Assembly: GCA_963793865.1 (NCBI GenBank)
Contig: CAWCBP010000008.1
Location: 608,001 to 672,000 of the forward strand
Origin: an uncultured delta proteobacterium
GTDB lineage: Bacteria; Desulfobacterota; WTBG01
Direction of reading: 5' to 3'
DNA: 64,000 nt
Part shown: in pieces, positions 29,236 through 39,696 of the stretch
How the letters are laid out: the number at the start of each line of letters is the position of its first letter
Position numbering within the stretch: position 1 is the stretch's first letter
The notes under the pieces: generated by a model
Databases searched by the model: none
What the model saw: only the letters and a program-made list of their open reading frames with translations
Told to the model about the DNA's origin: nothing
Made by a program: the position numbers and the translations under genes

Positions 29236-30039
29236 TTAAACGGGGATCTCGGGCTGGATGACCAGGCGATCTATCCCCTTCTCCCGCAATTCATCGCCGG
29301 TGGGTATCTTCTCATTTTTATAGAAGATGGTGTTGCCCTTGCGGATGAGGGTCGTGGTCATGACCGGGTTGTCCAGGGTGAATGTATACTTCTGGCATTC
29401 CTTCTTGCAGGGGAAGATGCCGATCATCCCCTTTTGCTCGGGTATGTCGCAGGATGCGGTGAGACAAAATCGGGTGGTGGTAACGTAGACAAAGGGTATG
29501 TAGAGAGAGAGGTGCATTTCGGAGCCGATGTTCCCGAGCTCCAGGTCCTGAAGCGGGTAGTCCAGTTCCGCTCTTTTGATTCCTCGTTCCTGCAGGAATG
29601 CGCGGTAGTTCGGCACCGTGAGGTTGGTGCTTTTAAAATAGCGCTTTGCATCAGGCGGTAGACTTTCCAGGGCATTCATCAGCCGAGGGCCCCGCTTGAT
29701 CTTGGTCAGCAGCCTTCCCAGTACCGGTTCAAGCTCGTCTGAAATCTTCCTGATTGTCCGGTACATCCCCCAGTCATTGAAAATAATCTCGCTTCCGGGA
29801 ATCGCTTCCGCCACCAGCTCAATAATCTTCTGCCAATTCTTGAGGCCGGTGCCGGTCACATATGGTGTGACCAGGGAAAAGCCTGCGCGCTTCTCCCGCA
29901 CTAAATCCAGTACCTGCCGGATGTCGTGCGCGGAGGGAACGAGGCGTTCGCAGAATTCAGTGCCGAAGTACAACCTCTCCAGCGCGGAGGTGAAGTACCG
30001 TACATTTTTTGTCTTGGCGATAAAAAGGGCTCGTTCCAT
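29236..30039 (-). CDS. U32-peptidase-like (UbiV-like) putative Fe-S protein
   Basis: LYFGTEFCER, TPY, NDWG, GR.L, T.RFC, PCKKEC, GNT patterns resemble the U32 TIM barrel with four cluster cysteines. Confidence 0.6.
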   Translation of the reverse strand: MERALFIAKTKNVRYFTSALERLYFGTEFCERLVPSAHDIRQVLDLVREKRAGFSLVTPYVTGTGLKNWQKIIELVAEAIPGSEIIFNDWGMYRTIRKISDELEPVLGRLLTKIKRGPRLMNALESLPPDAKRYFKSTNLTVPNYRAFLQERGIKRAELDYPLQDLELGNIGSEMHLSLYIPFVYVTTTRFCLTASCDIPEQKGMIGIFPCKKECQKYTFTLDNPVMTTTLIRKGNTIFYKNEKIPTGDELREKGIDRLVIQPEIPV

Positions 30040-30129
30040 CGCTGTTTTTGCTCCCCGTTGCAGAGGACATAATCGGGAGAATCGTGCGCCCGGCGGTACT
30101 GTCATGAATGTGGGCGAAACCGGGCCGTT

Positions 30130-30861
30130 TTATTCCCTGGTCAGGCTGACGATGGCCTGGAGCCGCGCTGCTTCCTCGTTGTTTTTGAGGTCGCTTGTCC
30201 GCGGTCCCATCATAATGGTGAAAAAAGCCCGCTGCGCCGACAAGGGGACATCAAATCCCCACCTCCTGAAGAGGTGGTATTCGAAATCAGCCTGATATCC
30301 CATGATCATCTCCGTCCACATGTGCACGGGGCACCGCCGCGGTTTGGAGGTTAAAACAGCGGCGTAGCTTTTGACCACCTTTTCCTGAAGCACCTGCAGC
30401 AGTTTTGTGTCGTGCATGCCGCTCTTGTTGCATATAAAGCCGCTGATGGTGCAGTTTTTAAACAGCATGCCGCTCTTGACCCGCTGGGAGAGCTGGAGAT
30501 AGTCCATGTCCAGCTCTTTCAGCTCCCTGCTCAGGCAGGAATCGAAGATCTCGCTGTGCTCCTCGCTCTGGACGGTGGGTATTCCGGCAAAGTAGGTGGT
30601 CGCGCAATGATCACCCACCTGCAGCAGCGACCCGTCGGTGGAGAGCGGCGGATAGCCATCCCTGGTTATCCAGAGACTTTGCGGCAGCCGGATGAAATTG
30701 CCTTTTTTGCGTGTCTCCTTTTCGACCACCACCACGCTGGTTCCGGTATCCTCTTCACCGTATTCCTTGATGCGGTGGTTGACGGTGGTCTCCCGGTATT
30801 GGTAGACGTAGGTGTACTCGCCGATCTCTTTTAATGCGAATCCAAAGCGCTTAAAATCCAT
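30130..30861 (-). CDS. Hypothetical protein (243 aa)
   Basis: Long ORF with GAGG upstream and host-like codon use; no recognised family. Confidence 0.7.
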   Translation of the reverse strand: MDFKRFGFALKEIGEYTYVYQYRETTVNHRIKEYGEEDTGTSVVVVEKETRKKGNFIRLPQSLWITRDGYPPLSTDGSLLQVGDHCATTYFAGIPTVQSEEHSEIFDSCLSRELKELDMDYLQLSQRVKSGMLFKNCTISGFICNKSGMHDTKLLQVLQEKVVKSYAAVLTSKPRRCPVHMWTEMIMGYQADFEYHLFRRWGFDVPLSAQRAFFTIMMGPRTSDLKNNEEAARLQAIVSLTRE

Positions 30862-30972
30862 ATCGTGCCTCGCTGTGCCTGTGCCTGGTGTCCCCGTACG
30901 AAGGGATGCAGGGAAATGTGCGGGGTAACCCTGCTCTTCGATACAGCATGATCCTTCTGATAAGCACCTTCG

Positions 30973-31063
30973 GTCATTGCGAGCGACCGCAGGGCGCGCG
31001 GCAATCTCATTGTAGGTAATAGTTTATGAGATTGCTTCGGCCGCCTCGCGTCCTCGCAATGAC
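30973..31063. repeat. GTCATTGCGAG...CTCGCAATGAC palindromic element (also 34702-34820; related TGTCA..TGACA element 42226-42297)
   Basis: Terminal IR plus inner GCAATCTC/GAGATTGC IR; the 34702-34820 copy has a perfect 19-bp IR. Confidence 0.8.
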
Positions 31064-31091
31064 AGTATAACATGATCGCAAAACCCGGAAG

Positions 31092-31541
31092 TTATTTGTC
31101 CCCCGTTTCCGCATATTCCTTGTAGCGTTTGAGGATTTCCTCGAAGGCGGGATAATGAATGGTGAGTCCTACAAGCTCGCTTTTGCTTTCGAAGGTCACA
31201 TCGGTTCCGCGGGTAAAGAGGAACACGTCCCCGGCAGACCCCTCCAGCGACTCGCCGTTGCAGGTTGCGCACAGGGGCCCGCCTGAAATGATGTAGAAAA
31301 TCTGGTCGCACTCGTAGTGCCAGTCGAATTTGACCGGCGGCCACTTTTCAAATACTGATCCGAAATGGGTGCACTGGCTCTGGTCAAAAAGCATTGCCAC
31401 CTGGACGTCCTTGAGCGCCTTGACCCCGGGCAGCGCCTCATCCGCCATGTCAAAAAAATTGCCGACCTTTTCCCACTTGGCATCCCGGGCTTTGCGCAAT
31501 ATGGCAGGCACTTGGTCCTCCTTTCCCTGCTCAAACGGCAT
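31092..31541 (-). CDS. Cupin-domain protein (EutQ/cupin_3-like)
   Basis: FDWHYECDQIFYIISG...GSAGDVFLFTRGT..TF pattern. Confidence 0.75.
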   Translation of the reverse strand: MPFEQGKEDQVPAILRKARDAKWEKVGNFFDMADEALPGVKALKDVQVAMLFDQSQCTHFGSVFEKWPPVKFDWHYECDQIFYIISGGPLCATCNGESLEGSAGDVFLFTRGTDVTFESKSELVGLTIHYPAFEEILKRYKEYAETGDK

Positions 31542-31631
31542 GCAGCCAGCCGCGCCGGGTTTCCGTCGCGGGCTGCATGATTATGCAGGGGCATTCATAG
31601 AATATTCAAGCGGCTTTGTCAATACCCTTTA

Positions 31632-31782
31632 CAGGCTGCTGAAAAACACCCATCTGCTTCGTTACGCTCATCCTTCGTCATTGCGGCGTACCGAAAAGTA
31701 CGCCTCATTCCTTATGATTTCGCGTGCCTTGCATCTGGATGTTTTTGACCAGCCTGCGTAAATTTACTTTTTCAACAACATG
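31632..31782. mobile_element. MITE-like element of the CAGGCTG(C/T)TGAAAAA family
   Basis: CAGGCTGCTGAAAAACACCCATCTGCTTCGT...GTTTTTGACCAGCCTG-N-ACTTTTTCAACA, internal GGCGTAC/GTACGCC hairpin; same ends as 20505 and 62270. Confidence 0.75.
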
Positions 31783-31804
31783 TGTAAGGGCAGGTATCCG
31801 GCGG

Positions 31805-32488
31805 TTACCTGGCGCGGAAGGTAAACTTGATGATCCAGTAAAACGCGGCTATCCCGTCCTTCCAGTTTATTTTTTTACCTTCGGTGTAATCCCTGCCGCT
31901 GTAGGAAATGTCGACTTCGTAGATGCGGCACTTCAGTTTGGCCAGCTTGGTGGTGATTTCCGGCTCCACGCCGAAGCGGTTTGATTCTATGGTAAACTGT
32001 TTGAGCAGTGATGCCTTGAAGACCTTATAGCAGGTTTCCATGTCGGTGAGATTGAGATTGGTAAGCATGTTTGAGAAGAGGGTGAGGATTTTATTGCCCA
32101 CATAGTGCCAGAAGAGCAGTACCCGGTGGGGCCCGCCCAGGAAGCGGGAGCCGTACACCGCATCTGCTTTTCCGTCCAGGATAGGCTTTATGAGCTTGCC
32201 GTACTCCTGGGGATCATATTCCAGGTCGGCATCCTGAATGATAACGATGTCACCCTTGACCTGCTGAAAAGCGGTTCTCAGGGCAGCACCTTTTCCCTGG
32301 TTTGTGTCATGAAAGAGAACGGTGATTCCCTCCCGGTTTTTGAACTCGCCGAGCACGTCCCTGGTGCCGTCGCTTGATGCATCGTCGACAATGATGATTT
32401 CCTTGTCGAGGGGAACGGATTGAACCCTGGCAATGAGCTCCCTGACCGTTTTCGCCTCGTTGTAAACGGGGATGACGACTGAAATCAT
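31805..32488 (-). CDS. GT2 glycosyltransferase (DPM1/ArnC-like)
   Basis: [42 protein letters not shown]. Confidence 0.92.
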   Translation of the reverse strand: MISVVIPVYNEAKTVRELIARVQSVPLDKEIIIVDDASSDGTRDVLGEFKNREGITVLFHDTNQGKGAALRTAFQQVKGDIVIIQDADLEYDPQEYGKLIKPILDGKADAVYGSRFLGGPHRVLLFWHYVGNKILTLFSNMLTNLNLTDMETCYKVFKASLLKQFTIESNRFGVEPEITTKLAKLKCRIYEVDISYSGRDYTEGKKINWKDGIAAFYWIIKFTFRAR

Positions 32489-32537
32489 AAATCACCTTGC
32501 CTCGGCGGTTCCCGTATTGCGCGGTTGCACCGGCTGT

Positions 32538-33547
32538 TTAAGGAGCAGGGTCATTGCCGCCTTTAAAGAGGGCGGGCAGCGGTACCTTGATGAACGGGAT
32601 GAAGACCAATCCCAGGATGATAATTATTATAAACTGAAGCCCATGGATCAAAATGGCGTAGGTCAAGGCATCAGCCTTGGAGATGCCGAAGATCGCCAGC
32701 CCAAGCATGCAGGAATAGTGATAGTTGCCGACAAACCCCGGCGCGGTCGGCAGTGTAATGCCGAGAGCGGTGATCAGCAGCACGGTATAAGCCGCTGCCA
32801 GAGGGAGGTTCGCCATGGCGGCGAACGATTTAAAAAGGGCGTAGTTTATCAATCCGATGAAAAACCAGGTAAGAGCGAGAGCAGGGCAATGTACGAGGTT
32901 TTTCTCCAGTCGGGAAGTATCTGCAATCCATCCAGGAAGGAATGAACCAGCCTGGTGAGACGGTCAGAGAGAGCGTGGGGCAGCAGTCTGATGACCCGGT
33001 CAATACCTTTCGCCGAGAGATCTCTCTTGATGGCCGCAAAAATGAGCAGCAGCAGCATGGGGATGATGGTGAGCAGAATGATGTATGCCGATGGGAAAAA
33101 CCACGAGGGCAGTTCATTCCGCTTTGATCTGATGCTCACGATGCTGAACAGCAGCAGAACCATCAGGGTGAGCATGTCAAAGACCCGCTCCACCACGATG
33201 GTTGCGAGGGTGGCGCCCAGCCTGATGTCGCTCTTTCGGGAGATGAGGTAGGGCCGGACAAACTCCCCCATGCGCATCGGCAGAAGGCTGATGGCCATAA
33301 ACCCGACCGACGTGGCCGAAAAGAGGGACCACTGGTCGATCTTTTTCAGCGGCTCCAGGATGACACCCCAGCGGTAGGACCGCACCAGCTGAACCATGAC
33401 CGACAGCAGCACTGCCGGAATAAGCCAGCGGTAGTCCGCGGAGCGAAAGGAAGAACCGAGCGTACTGAAATCGGTTCCCCTGAAGGCAAGCCAGATAAAG
33501 ACCGCCCCGATGAGGGTGCCCGCGATGATGTTTGCTTTTGCTTTCAT
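32538..33547 (-). CDS. Lysylphosphatidylglycerol-synthase TM/UPF0104 flippase-like protein, one apparent indel near 32870
   Basis: R..RW, P.R.GE..R, VERVFD in 32849-33601 and PTAPG..G in 32538-32852; adding one base restores LLSLFTWFFIGLINYA. Confidence 0.82.
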
Positions 33548-33552
33548 AGACT

Positions 33553-34557
33553 TTACCCGGCGCTTCCCTGCCCGGTCGTGTTCAGGTTTTTTGCAAACCA
33601 CTCGGTTGTTTTCCGCAGGCCGTCGCCGAAATCCGTTTGCGGGTGATAGCCGAGGAACTGTGCTGCTTTGGTGATATCCGCGCGGCTGTGTTTTACGTCA
33701 CCTGCCCGGGGAGGCGCGTACAGCGGTGCGGATGATGATCCCGTCAGGGCTGCGAGGCGGGAGTAAAGCTCATTGAGAGTAATTCGTTCACCGCAGGCAA
33801 TATTAAACGGTTCGCCGAGCGCAGCCCCGGTTGCGCTTGCGGCGCTGATGTTGGCCCGGACCACGTTCTCCACGTGGGTGAAATCCCGCGACTGCAATCC
33901 GTCTCCATAAATGGTGGGCGGCCGCTCCTGCAGCAGGGCGGTTATAAACCGCGGAATGACCGCCGCGTACGCCGAGTCGGCATCCTGCCGCTGCCCGAAA
34001 ACATTAAAATAGCGCAGCGAGACAGTGTGGAGGTTGTAAATTTTGTAGAACACCCTGCAGTAGTATTCCCCGGTCAGCTTTGAGACCGCGTAGGGGGACT
34101 GCGGGTTGGGTAGCTGCGATTCCACCTTGGGAGGCGCCGCTTCTTCTCCCGGCGCAGCCGGGCGGTCTCCATATACCGAGGATGAGGACGCGTAGACGAA
34201 TCGCTTTACCCGGGCATCTCGCGCGGCAACGAGCATGTTGAGGGTTCCCTGGATGTTGACCGCGCTGGTGGTGATGGGGTCCTCAACGGAGCGGGGAACG
34301 GATCCCAGGGCAGCCTGGTGGAAGACCCGGTCGACTCCCGCGCACGCCTTTCTGCAGGTGTCAAAATCCCGGATGTCGCCCCGCATCAGCACAAACCGGT
34401 CAGGGGGCAGCCCCGGCGCGGTCAGATATTCAACATTCTCCTCTTTCCCGGTGGAAAAGTTGTCGAGCACGCGGACGGCATCTCCCTGCCTCAAAAGTGC
34501 CTCTGCCAGATGTGAGCCTATGAAACCGGCGCCGCCGGTGACAAGACAAAGCGCCAT
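33553..34557 (-). CDS. NAD-dependent UDP-sugar 4-epimerase (WbpP-like)
   Basis: TGGAGFIGS, HQAALGSVPRS, ASSSSVYG, SPYAVSK, RYFNVFG, GDG.QSRDFT. Confidence 0.92.
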   Translation of the reverse strand: MALCLVTGGAGFIGSHLAEALLRQGDAVRVLDNFSTGKEENVEYLTAPGLPPDRFVLMRGDIRDFDTCRKACAGVDRVFHQAALGSVPRSVEDPITTSAVNIQGTLNMLVAARDARVKRFVYASSSSVYGDRPAAPGEEAAPPKVESQLPNPQSPYAVSKLTGEYYCRVFYKIYNLHTVSLRYFNVFGQRQDADSAYAAVIPRFITALLQERPPTIYGDGLQSRDFTHVENVVRANISAASATGAALGEPFNIACGERITLNELYSRLAALTGSSSAPLYAPPRAGDVKHSRADITKAAQFLGYHPQTDFGDGLRKTTEWFAKNLNTTGQGSAG

Positions 34558-34847
34558 CCATCCTCCGAAAGAAACCGCTGAGGGTTAACTATCGGTATTT
34601 TGTTAAAAAACTTTGCTGAAATTTTCCAAAGTGTAGTGTATCAACCCGGTACCTGTCAAACCCTTTTTCTCATACCCCTCACTATAGTAAACGATAATAT
34701 GAAGCAGTCATTGCGAGGAGCGCAAGCGACGCGGCAATCTCATGCTGTGTAACCTGCTGCTTTTATTGAAAGAGATTGCTTCGTCGCCCGCCCCCGCGGG
34801 ACTCCTCGCAATGACTGCTTATTACGAGTTGTTTATGGGACACGATA

Positions 34848-36842
34848 CTACAGCGGCGTCACCCGGATTGTGCCGTTACAAACATCAACTTTTTCCAGGC
34901 GCACAGCCAAAGTTGTGCCGGGTGCCGGGGCGGCGGACGGGGGGCAGGGAAAACTTGTTTCTACCAGGTAATCGGTAAGGAAGAGGTCGCAGCGGTTGAA
35001 TACCTGATTGACCACCAGGGCGTTCAGGGTGTCTCCGATCTTTCCTTCCAGGTGTTTTGTCAGCCAGTAACGGTGGCGCTGTTCCTGCACCAGGTTGATT
35101 TTTGCCCCGTTGATCTCCAGGTCCGCCAGGATCTTTTTCAGCTCCTCTTCCGGGTAAGGGCTGCTTTCGCCATACAGGGTGGCCTTGAGCTGGCGCTGCG
35201 CCACCAGATCGGCATATTTCCGGATGGGCGAGGTAAAGGTGCTGTAGGGCTGTAATCCCAGGCTGCTGTGATTGCCCGCCGAGGTGGAAAGGGTTGCCCG
35301 GTTGAGCAGGCGGCGCTGGCGCAGGTTGAGCAGAAGGTTGTCTTTGCCCGCGCCCGGAACGGTCTCCCGCGGCTCCGGCTGATTCCGGTAAATGAGGGGA
35401 ATCGACTGCCGCTGGAGAAATCCCGCGCACAGCCAGTTGGTCAGGATCATCAGCTCGGAGATGATGATTTCGCTCGGCAGCTCCCGCTCTCTTTTGTCGA
35501 TCCGGATTGATCCCTCCCCGTCAACGGTAATGGCCAGCTCGGGTATGGGAAGCAGCAGCGCCCCGGCACTGACCCGTTTCTCCCTCAGGCGCTGCGCCAG
35601 CCCGTAGAGGCATGAAAATTCCCTGCTGTCATGTATCAGCTCATTTGCTTCAGCGTAGGTATAACGCCGCTTGACCCTGATCACGCTGGGGAAAATGGTG
35701 AAGCCGGTGAGGTTCAAAGAAGCGTCAAACCGGATGTCGATGCTGACCGCCAGCCGGGGTTTTCCCTCCCCCAGGCTCAGGATGCCTTCGGAGAGCGGCG
35801 AGGGCAGCATGGGGATTTTGCCTTCCGGCAGGTATAAGGAGGCGGTTCTTTCGGATGCTTCCCTGTCAAGCTGCGTTCCGGGAAGAATGAATTCCGCGAC
35901 ATCGGTGATGTGAATGCCGACCCGGCTTTCCTTGTCTCCCGGCTCTATGCTCACCGCGTCGTCGATGTCACGGGTGGTTTCGCTGTCTATGCTGAAAACG
36001 GCCAGGTCCTGCAGGTCCCGCCGCACTGGATGCACGGGGAGCTGCGTTTCGCTGAAGGACTCGCATATTCGTTCGCTTTCACTCAGCGCCTCCGGAGTCC
36101 AGCGGGAGGGAATGGCATGGCGTTCAAGCAGGATGTTATCGTTTTCGCCCATTTCGCCCATCTTGATCAGCAGTTTGATCGGCATGTCAGGCCGGTTCAG
36201 CTGGGCTCGCTTCAGCATTTCCGCGGCCACTGGGGCCTCGGGATATTCGTCGCCAAAGACGGCAACGCCCCGCAGAAGGGCAACATAGCGGCTTTTGCCG
36301 GCAGGATCATCAACCGGTGTTCCGGCCCATTTTTTTCTGAGCCAGTCGCTCCCTTCCGAGAGATCATTTTCCCGCTCGGCATCCCGTCTGATCTTTGTCT
36401 CGATCTTCTGCGCCTGTTCGGCGGAATGAATGATGAACGCACCCTGGTTTAATTTGAAGTGTATTTTGTCTTCATACAGGGCGCGGAGGGTTGCGGCTGT
36501 TTGTGCCGGCGTGGGGGTGCCCCCGAAGACCAATTCCGCGAGATACGGTATGTCCAGGCGCTCTGCTTCTCCCTGGACCAGGTTCCACAGATCTTCGCTG
36601 TTGATACCGGCCTTCAGCGCTTCCGCCTCCTGAAGAAGGGCCTTTAATGCCTTGAGGAGATTTTCCCGTGAGCCGTCAGCCTTCAGGGGTGTTGGCGTGC
36701 TGTGGATGACCCTGCTCATTCCCAGGTTGATTTCCCTGCTGTGTTCGGAGAGCAGATGCAGCCTGTTCTCTTTGCACTCAAGGCAAACAGCGCTGATGAT
36801 CCTGTCCTTATCAAAGTAGGTGACTACGGTGCCCGGTTTCAT
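34848..36842 (-). CDS. RNB-domain exoribonuclease (RNase II family)
   Basis: SIDSETTRDIDDA catalytic motif, HITDV, SLYLPE...PMLP, E.MIL.N, H..LG...Y..FTSPIRKY.DL..QRQ. Confidence 0.92.
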   Translation of the reverse strand: MKPGTVVTYFDKDRIISAVCLECKENRLHLLSEHSREINLGMSRVIHSTPTPLKADGSRENLLKALKALLQEAEALKAGINSEDLWNLVQGEAERLDIPYLAELVFGGTPTPAQTAATLRALYEDKIHFKLNQGAFIIHSAEQAQKIETKIRRDAERENDLSEGSDWLRKKWAGTPVDDPAGKSRYVALLRGVAVFGDEYPEAPVAAEMLKRAQLNRPDMPIKLLIKMGEMGENDNILLERHAIPSRWTPEALSESERICESFSETQLPVHPVRRDLQDLAVFSIDSETTRDIDDAVSIEPGDKESRVGIHITDVAEFILPGTQLDREASERTASLYLPEGKIPMLPSPLSEGILSLGEGKPRLAVSIDIRFDASLNLTGFTIFPSVIRVKRRYTYAEANELIHDSREFSCLYGLAQRLREKRVSAGALLLPIPELAITVDGEGSIRIDKRERELPSEIIISELMILTNWLCAGFLQRQSIPLIYRNQPEPRETVPGAGKDNLLLNLRQRRLLNRATLSTSAGNHSSLGLQPYSTFTSPIRKYADLVAQRQLKATLYGESSPYPEEELKKILADLEINGAKINLVQEQRHRYWLTKHLEGKIGDTLNALVVNQVFNRCDLFLTDYLVETSFPCPPSAAPAPGTTLAVRLEKVDVCNGTIRVTPL

Positions 36843-37014
36843 GTCGGTGTAAGAATGAATAATGCAAGTTTTAGGCATTTGTAACACAATACCCCGCAAA
36901 AGCAAGCGGTAAAAAGCCGCGTTGACAATACCTTCAGGCAATGTGTGGTGGAGAACCACGCTCCGTCGTGGCCGCAGGATGACAAAAGTACATTTTTAAC
37001 TCCATCGCTATGCA

Positions 37015-37043
37015 TTGACAGGAGTCATGAATTGATTGATAAT
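37015..37043 (+). promoter_or_regulatory. sigma70-like promoter for archease-rtcB
   Basis: TTGACA-17 bp-GATAAT. Confidence 0.55.
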
Positions 37044-37093
37044 GAAATTACAGACATTTCAATTGGTGCTAATCTCAACAACAGGTATCCGGG

Positions 37094-37513
37094 GTGACGC
37101 TTCCTTACAAAACCTTTAATCATACGGCGGATCTTGGCGTGGAGATCTGCGGCCCTGATTGCAATCAGCTCTTCATCAATGCCGGCAGGACACTCTTTGA
37201 CCTGATCTGCGGTGCTGCTGCCATTGATGAGAAAGCGGCCCTGCCGGTCACGGCGGAGGGCAGCGGGTACGAAGACCTGATGGTGAGCTGGCTGAGGGAG
37301 CTTCTGTACCTGCACCAGGTGAAGGGATACCTGCTCTCCGCGTTCATCATTCACAATGTGGATGAATCCCATCTCAGTGCAACCGTCAGGGGGGAGCAAT
37401 TCGATGCCCGCCGTCATGAGCTGCTGCGGGAGATTAAAGCGGTAACCTACCACCAGCTTAAAATCGAGCAGGGCGAGGAAGGATGGACCGCGCGCATCGT
37501 GTTCGATATTTGA
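37094..37513 (+). CDS. Archease
   Basis: HTADLG, L...WL.ELLY, EIKAVTYH, C-terminal FDI. Confidence 0.93.
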   Translation: MTLPYKTFNHTADLGVEICGPDCNQLFINAGRTLFDLICGAAAIDEKAALPVTAEGSGYEDLMVSWLRELLYLHQVKGYLLSAFIIHNVDESHLSATVRGEQFDARRHELLREIKAVTYHQLKIEQGEEGWTARIVFDI

Positions 37514-37543
37514 AGGGAAGCAGGCTGCATCGGGGGTGAGACC

Positions 37544-38995
37544 ATGGAAACAAAAGAAAAGCTGACCATAGAGAAGGTTGACGATTACCGCTTCATCATA
37601 CCCCGCTCGCAAGGGATGAGGGTCCCGGGGTTGCTGTACGCAAGCCGGAAGCTGCTGGATGACGTAGCGCTTGACGAAAGCCCGCGCCAGGTTGCCAACG
37701 TGGCCCACCTGCCCGGCATCATCAAGTACTCCCTGGCCATGCCGGACATGCATTGGGGCTACGGGTTTCCCATCGGGGGTGTCGCGGCCTTTGATCTCGA
37801 GGAAGGCGTTGTGTCCCCGGGCGGGGTTGGATATGACATCAATTGCGGATGCCGCGTCCTGCGAACGGATCTTACTCTTGAGGACGTTCAGGGTAAAATG
37901 AAGGGCCTGGTATCTGCCCTTTTCCGGGGCATACCCTCCGGTGTCGGTTCAACCGGCAGGGTTAAGCTGAACCCCTCGGAAGAGAAGAAGGTCCTGGTCA
38001 AGGGGGCCCGGTGGGCGGTTGAAAAGGGGTTCGGGGAAGGGGAGGACCTGGAGCGGACAGAGGATGGAGGTTTGATGGAAGGGGCTGACCCCGAGGCGGT
38101 GAGCCAGCGGGCGCTTGAGCGGGGGAGAAACCAGCTGGGGACGCTGGGCTCGGGGAATCATTTTCTCGAGGTGGGGGTGGTGGACCGGCTGTTTGATGAG
38201 GAGGTGGCCCGGGCCTTTGACCTTTTCCAAAACCAGGTGGTCGTCTCCATCCATTCCGGTTCGCGTGGCTTCGGCTACCAGGTCTGCGATGATTTCCTCA
38301 AGACAATGGTCCACACCATGGGTAAAATGGACGTGTCACTTCCTGACCGTCAGCTTGCCTGTGCCTATCTTCGCTCCGACCAGGGGAAGCAGTACTTTGC
38401 CGCCATGTCCTGTGCTGCCAACTATGCCTGGGCCAACCGTGAGGTGCTCACCCACTGGACGCGGGAAATCATGGAGCAGGCGCTGCAAATAAGCCCGAAG
38501 GATTTGAACATGCGGCTGCTCTACGATGTCTGCCATAACATTGCCAAGAAGGAGGTCCACACCGTTGACGGCGTGAAAAAGAAGGTGTGCGTTCATCGAA
38601 AAGGGGCAACGCGCGCCTTTCCGGCCGGCCACCCCGACGTGCCCGCGGTGTACCGGGAGGTGGGCCAGCCGGTGCTCATTCCCGGGGATATGGGCAGATG
38701 CTCATACATACTGGTCGGAACTGAGAAGGCCATGGAGGAGACGTTCGGCTCCACCTGTCACGGGGCGGGCCGGCTGATGAGCCGGACGCAGGCCATCAAG
38801 CAAAGCAGGGGCAGGTCCATCGCGCAGGAGATGGAGCAGCGGGGTGTCATTGTCATGGCCGAGGGAAGGGCAACCCTGGCGGAAGAGGTGCCCGAAGCCT
38901 ATAAAGACGTGAGCGATGTGGTGGAGGTGGTGCACCAGGCGGGGATATCAAGGAAGGTGGCCCGGCTTCGGCCGCTGGGTGTGATTAAAGGATAG
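37544..38995 (+). CDS. rtcB: RNA-splicing/repair ligase RtcB (long archaeal-type)
   Basis: MPDMHWGYGFPIGG, GYDINCG, GSGNHF, HSGSRG, HNIAK, HRKGAT, PGDMG, STCHGAGR. Confidence 0.96.
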   Translation: METKEKLTIEKVDDYRFIIPRSQGMRVPGLLYASRKLLDDVALDESPRQVANVAHLPGIIKYSLAMPDMHWGYGFPIGGVAAFDLEEGVVSPGGVGYDINCGCRVLRTDLTLEDVQGKMKGLVSALFRGIPSGVGSTGRVKLNPSEEKKVLVKGARWAVEKGFGEGEDLERTEDGGLMEGADPEAVSQRALERGRNQLGTLGSGNHFLEVGVVDRLFDEEVARAFDLFQNQVVVSIHSGSRGFGYQVCDDFLKTMVHTMGKMDVSLPDRQLACAYLRSDQGKQYFAAMSCAANYAWANREVLTHWTREIMEQALQISPKDLNMRLLYDVCHNIAKKEVHTVDGVKKKVCVHRKGATRAFPAGHPDVPAVYREVGQPVLIPGDMGRCSYILVGTEKAMEETFGSTCHGAGRLMSRTQAIKQSRGRSIAQEMEQRGVIVMAEGRATLAEEVPEAYKDVSDVVEVVHQAGISRKVARLRPLGVIKG

Positions 38996-39074
38996 GCCGG
39001 CAACTGCTGCGGCCTTGATCCGGGTCTTTCCACTGGACAAGCGCACGGGGAGTGAAATGGCGGCAACAGTAAAG

Positions 39075-39103
39075 TTGACAGGGGCGGTTCTTTATTATAT
39101 AAG
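39075..39103 (+). promoter_or_regulatory. sigma70-like promoter
   Basis: TTGACA-17 bp-TATAAG upstream of 39169. Confidence 0.6.
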
Positions 39104-39168
39104 AATTCATTGTTCGTTTTTGGGTAAAACGCCATCGATGTTTAATATATTGCGACAAGGGGGAACCG

Positions 39169-39696
39169 ATGATTTCTAAAAAGTTCATGGATGCGATCGT
39201 AAATCAAACAGAAAAATTATCCCGGACATGGTGCGGAGAGGTCCGGAAGTCAGAGTATATGAAGACCTATCAGAAGCTGCCGGACGAACGGTTGATGAGG
39301 GTTAACAAACTGTTTTTTGACTACTTTGCCAAATGGATCACCCAGGGATTGTCGCGCAAGGAGATCGGCAATTATTTTGTCCAGCTTGGGAAGGAGCGAT
39401 ACGAAGAGAAATTTCCCCTCTCCGAAATCCATTACGCGGTGATCCTGGCCAAACGGGTTGTGCGCAGCACAGCGCTTGCAGAGTCGCTGCTGGACAGCGC
39501 AATGGAAGTGTACCAGGTCATGGAGCTGGGACAGATGGTTTCCAGCTTTTTTGACACCGGCAATTTTTATATTACCAAGGGATACCTGCAGGCAATGCAC
39601 GACGATCTCGCCCGGTCCAAAAAATTCACTGAGGATGAGCTGACGAAATATTTTCCCCGCGGTTCATTTTTCAAGCAGGACATCGATCTGGTCTGA
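39169..39696 (+). CDS. Hypothetical all-helical protein, RsbRD-N/HisK-N (globin-like sensor) type
   Basis: L...W..., LG.ER.....PLSE, FFD......GY pattern. Confidence 0.6.
   Translation: MISKKFMDAIVNQTEKLSRTWCGEVRKSEYMKTYQKLPDERLMRVNKLFFDYFAKWITQGLSRKEIGNYFVQLGKERYEEKFPLSEIHYAVILAKRVVRSTALAESLLDSAMEVYQVMELGQMVSSFFDTGNFYITKGYLQAMHDDLARSKKFTEDELTKYFPRGSFFKQDIDLV

Noticed and set aside
36843..36959. N-terminal extension of RNase II in the ORF track
   Set aside because: Runs through intergenic/repeat DNA; the ATG at 36842 fits the domain start better.
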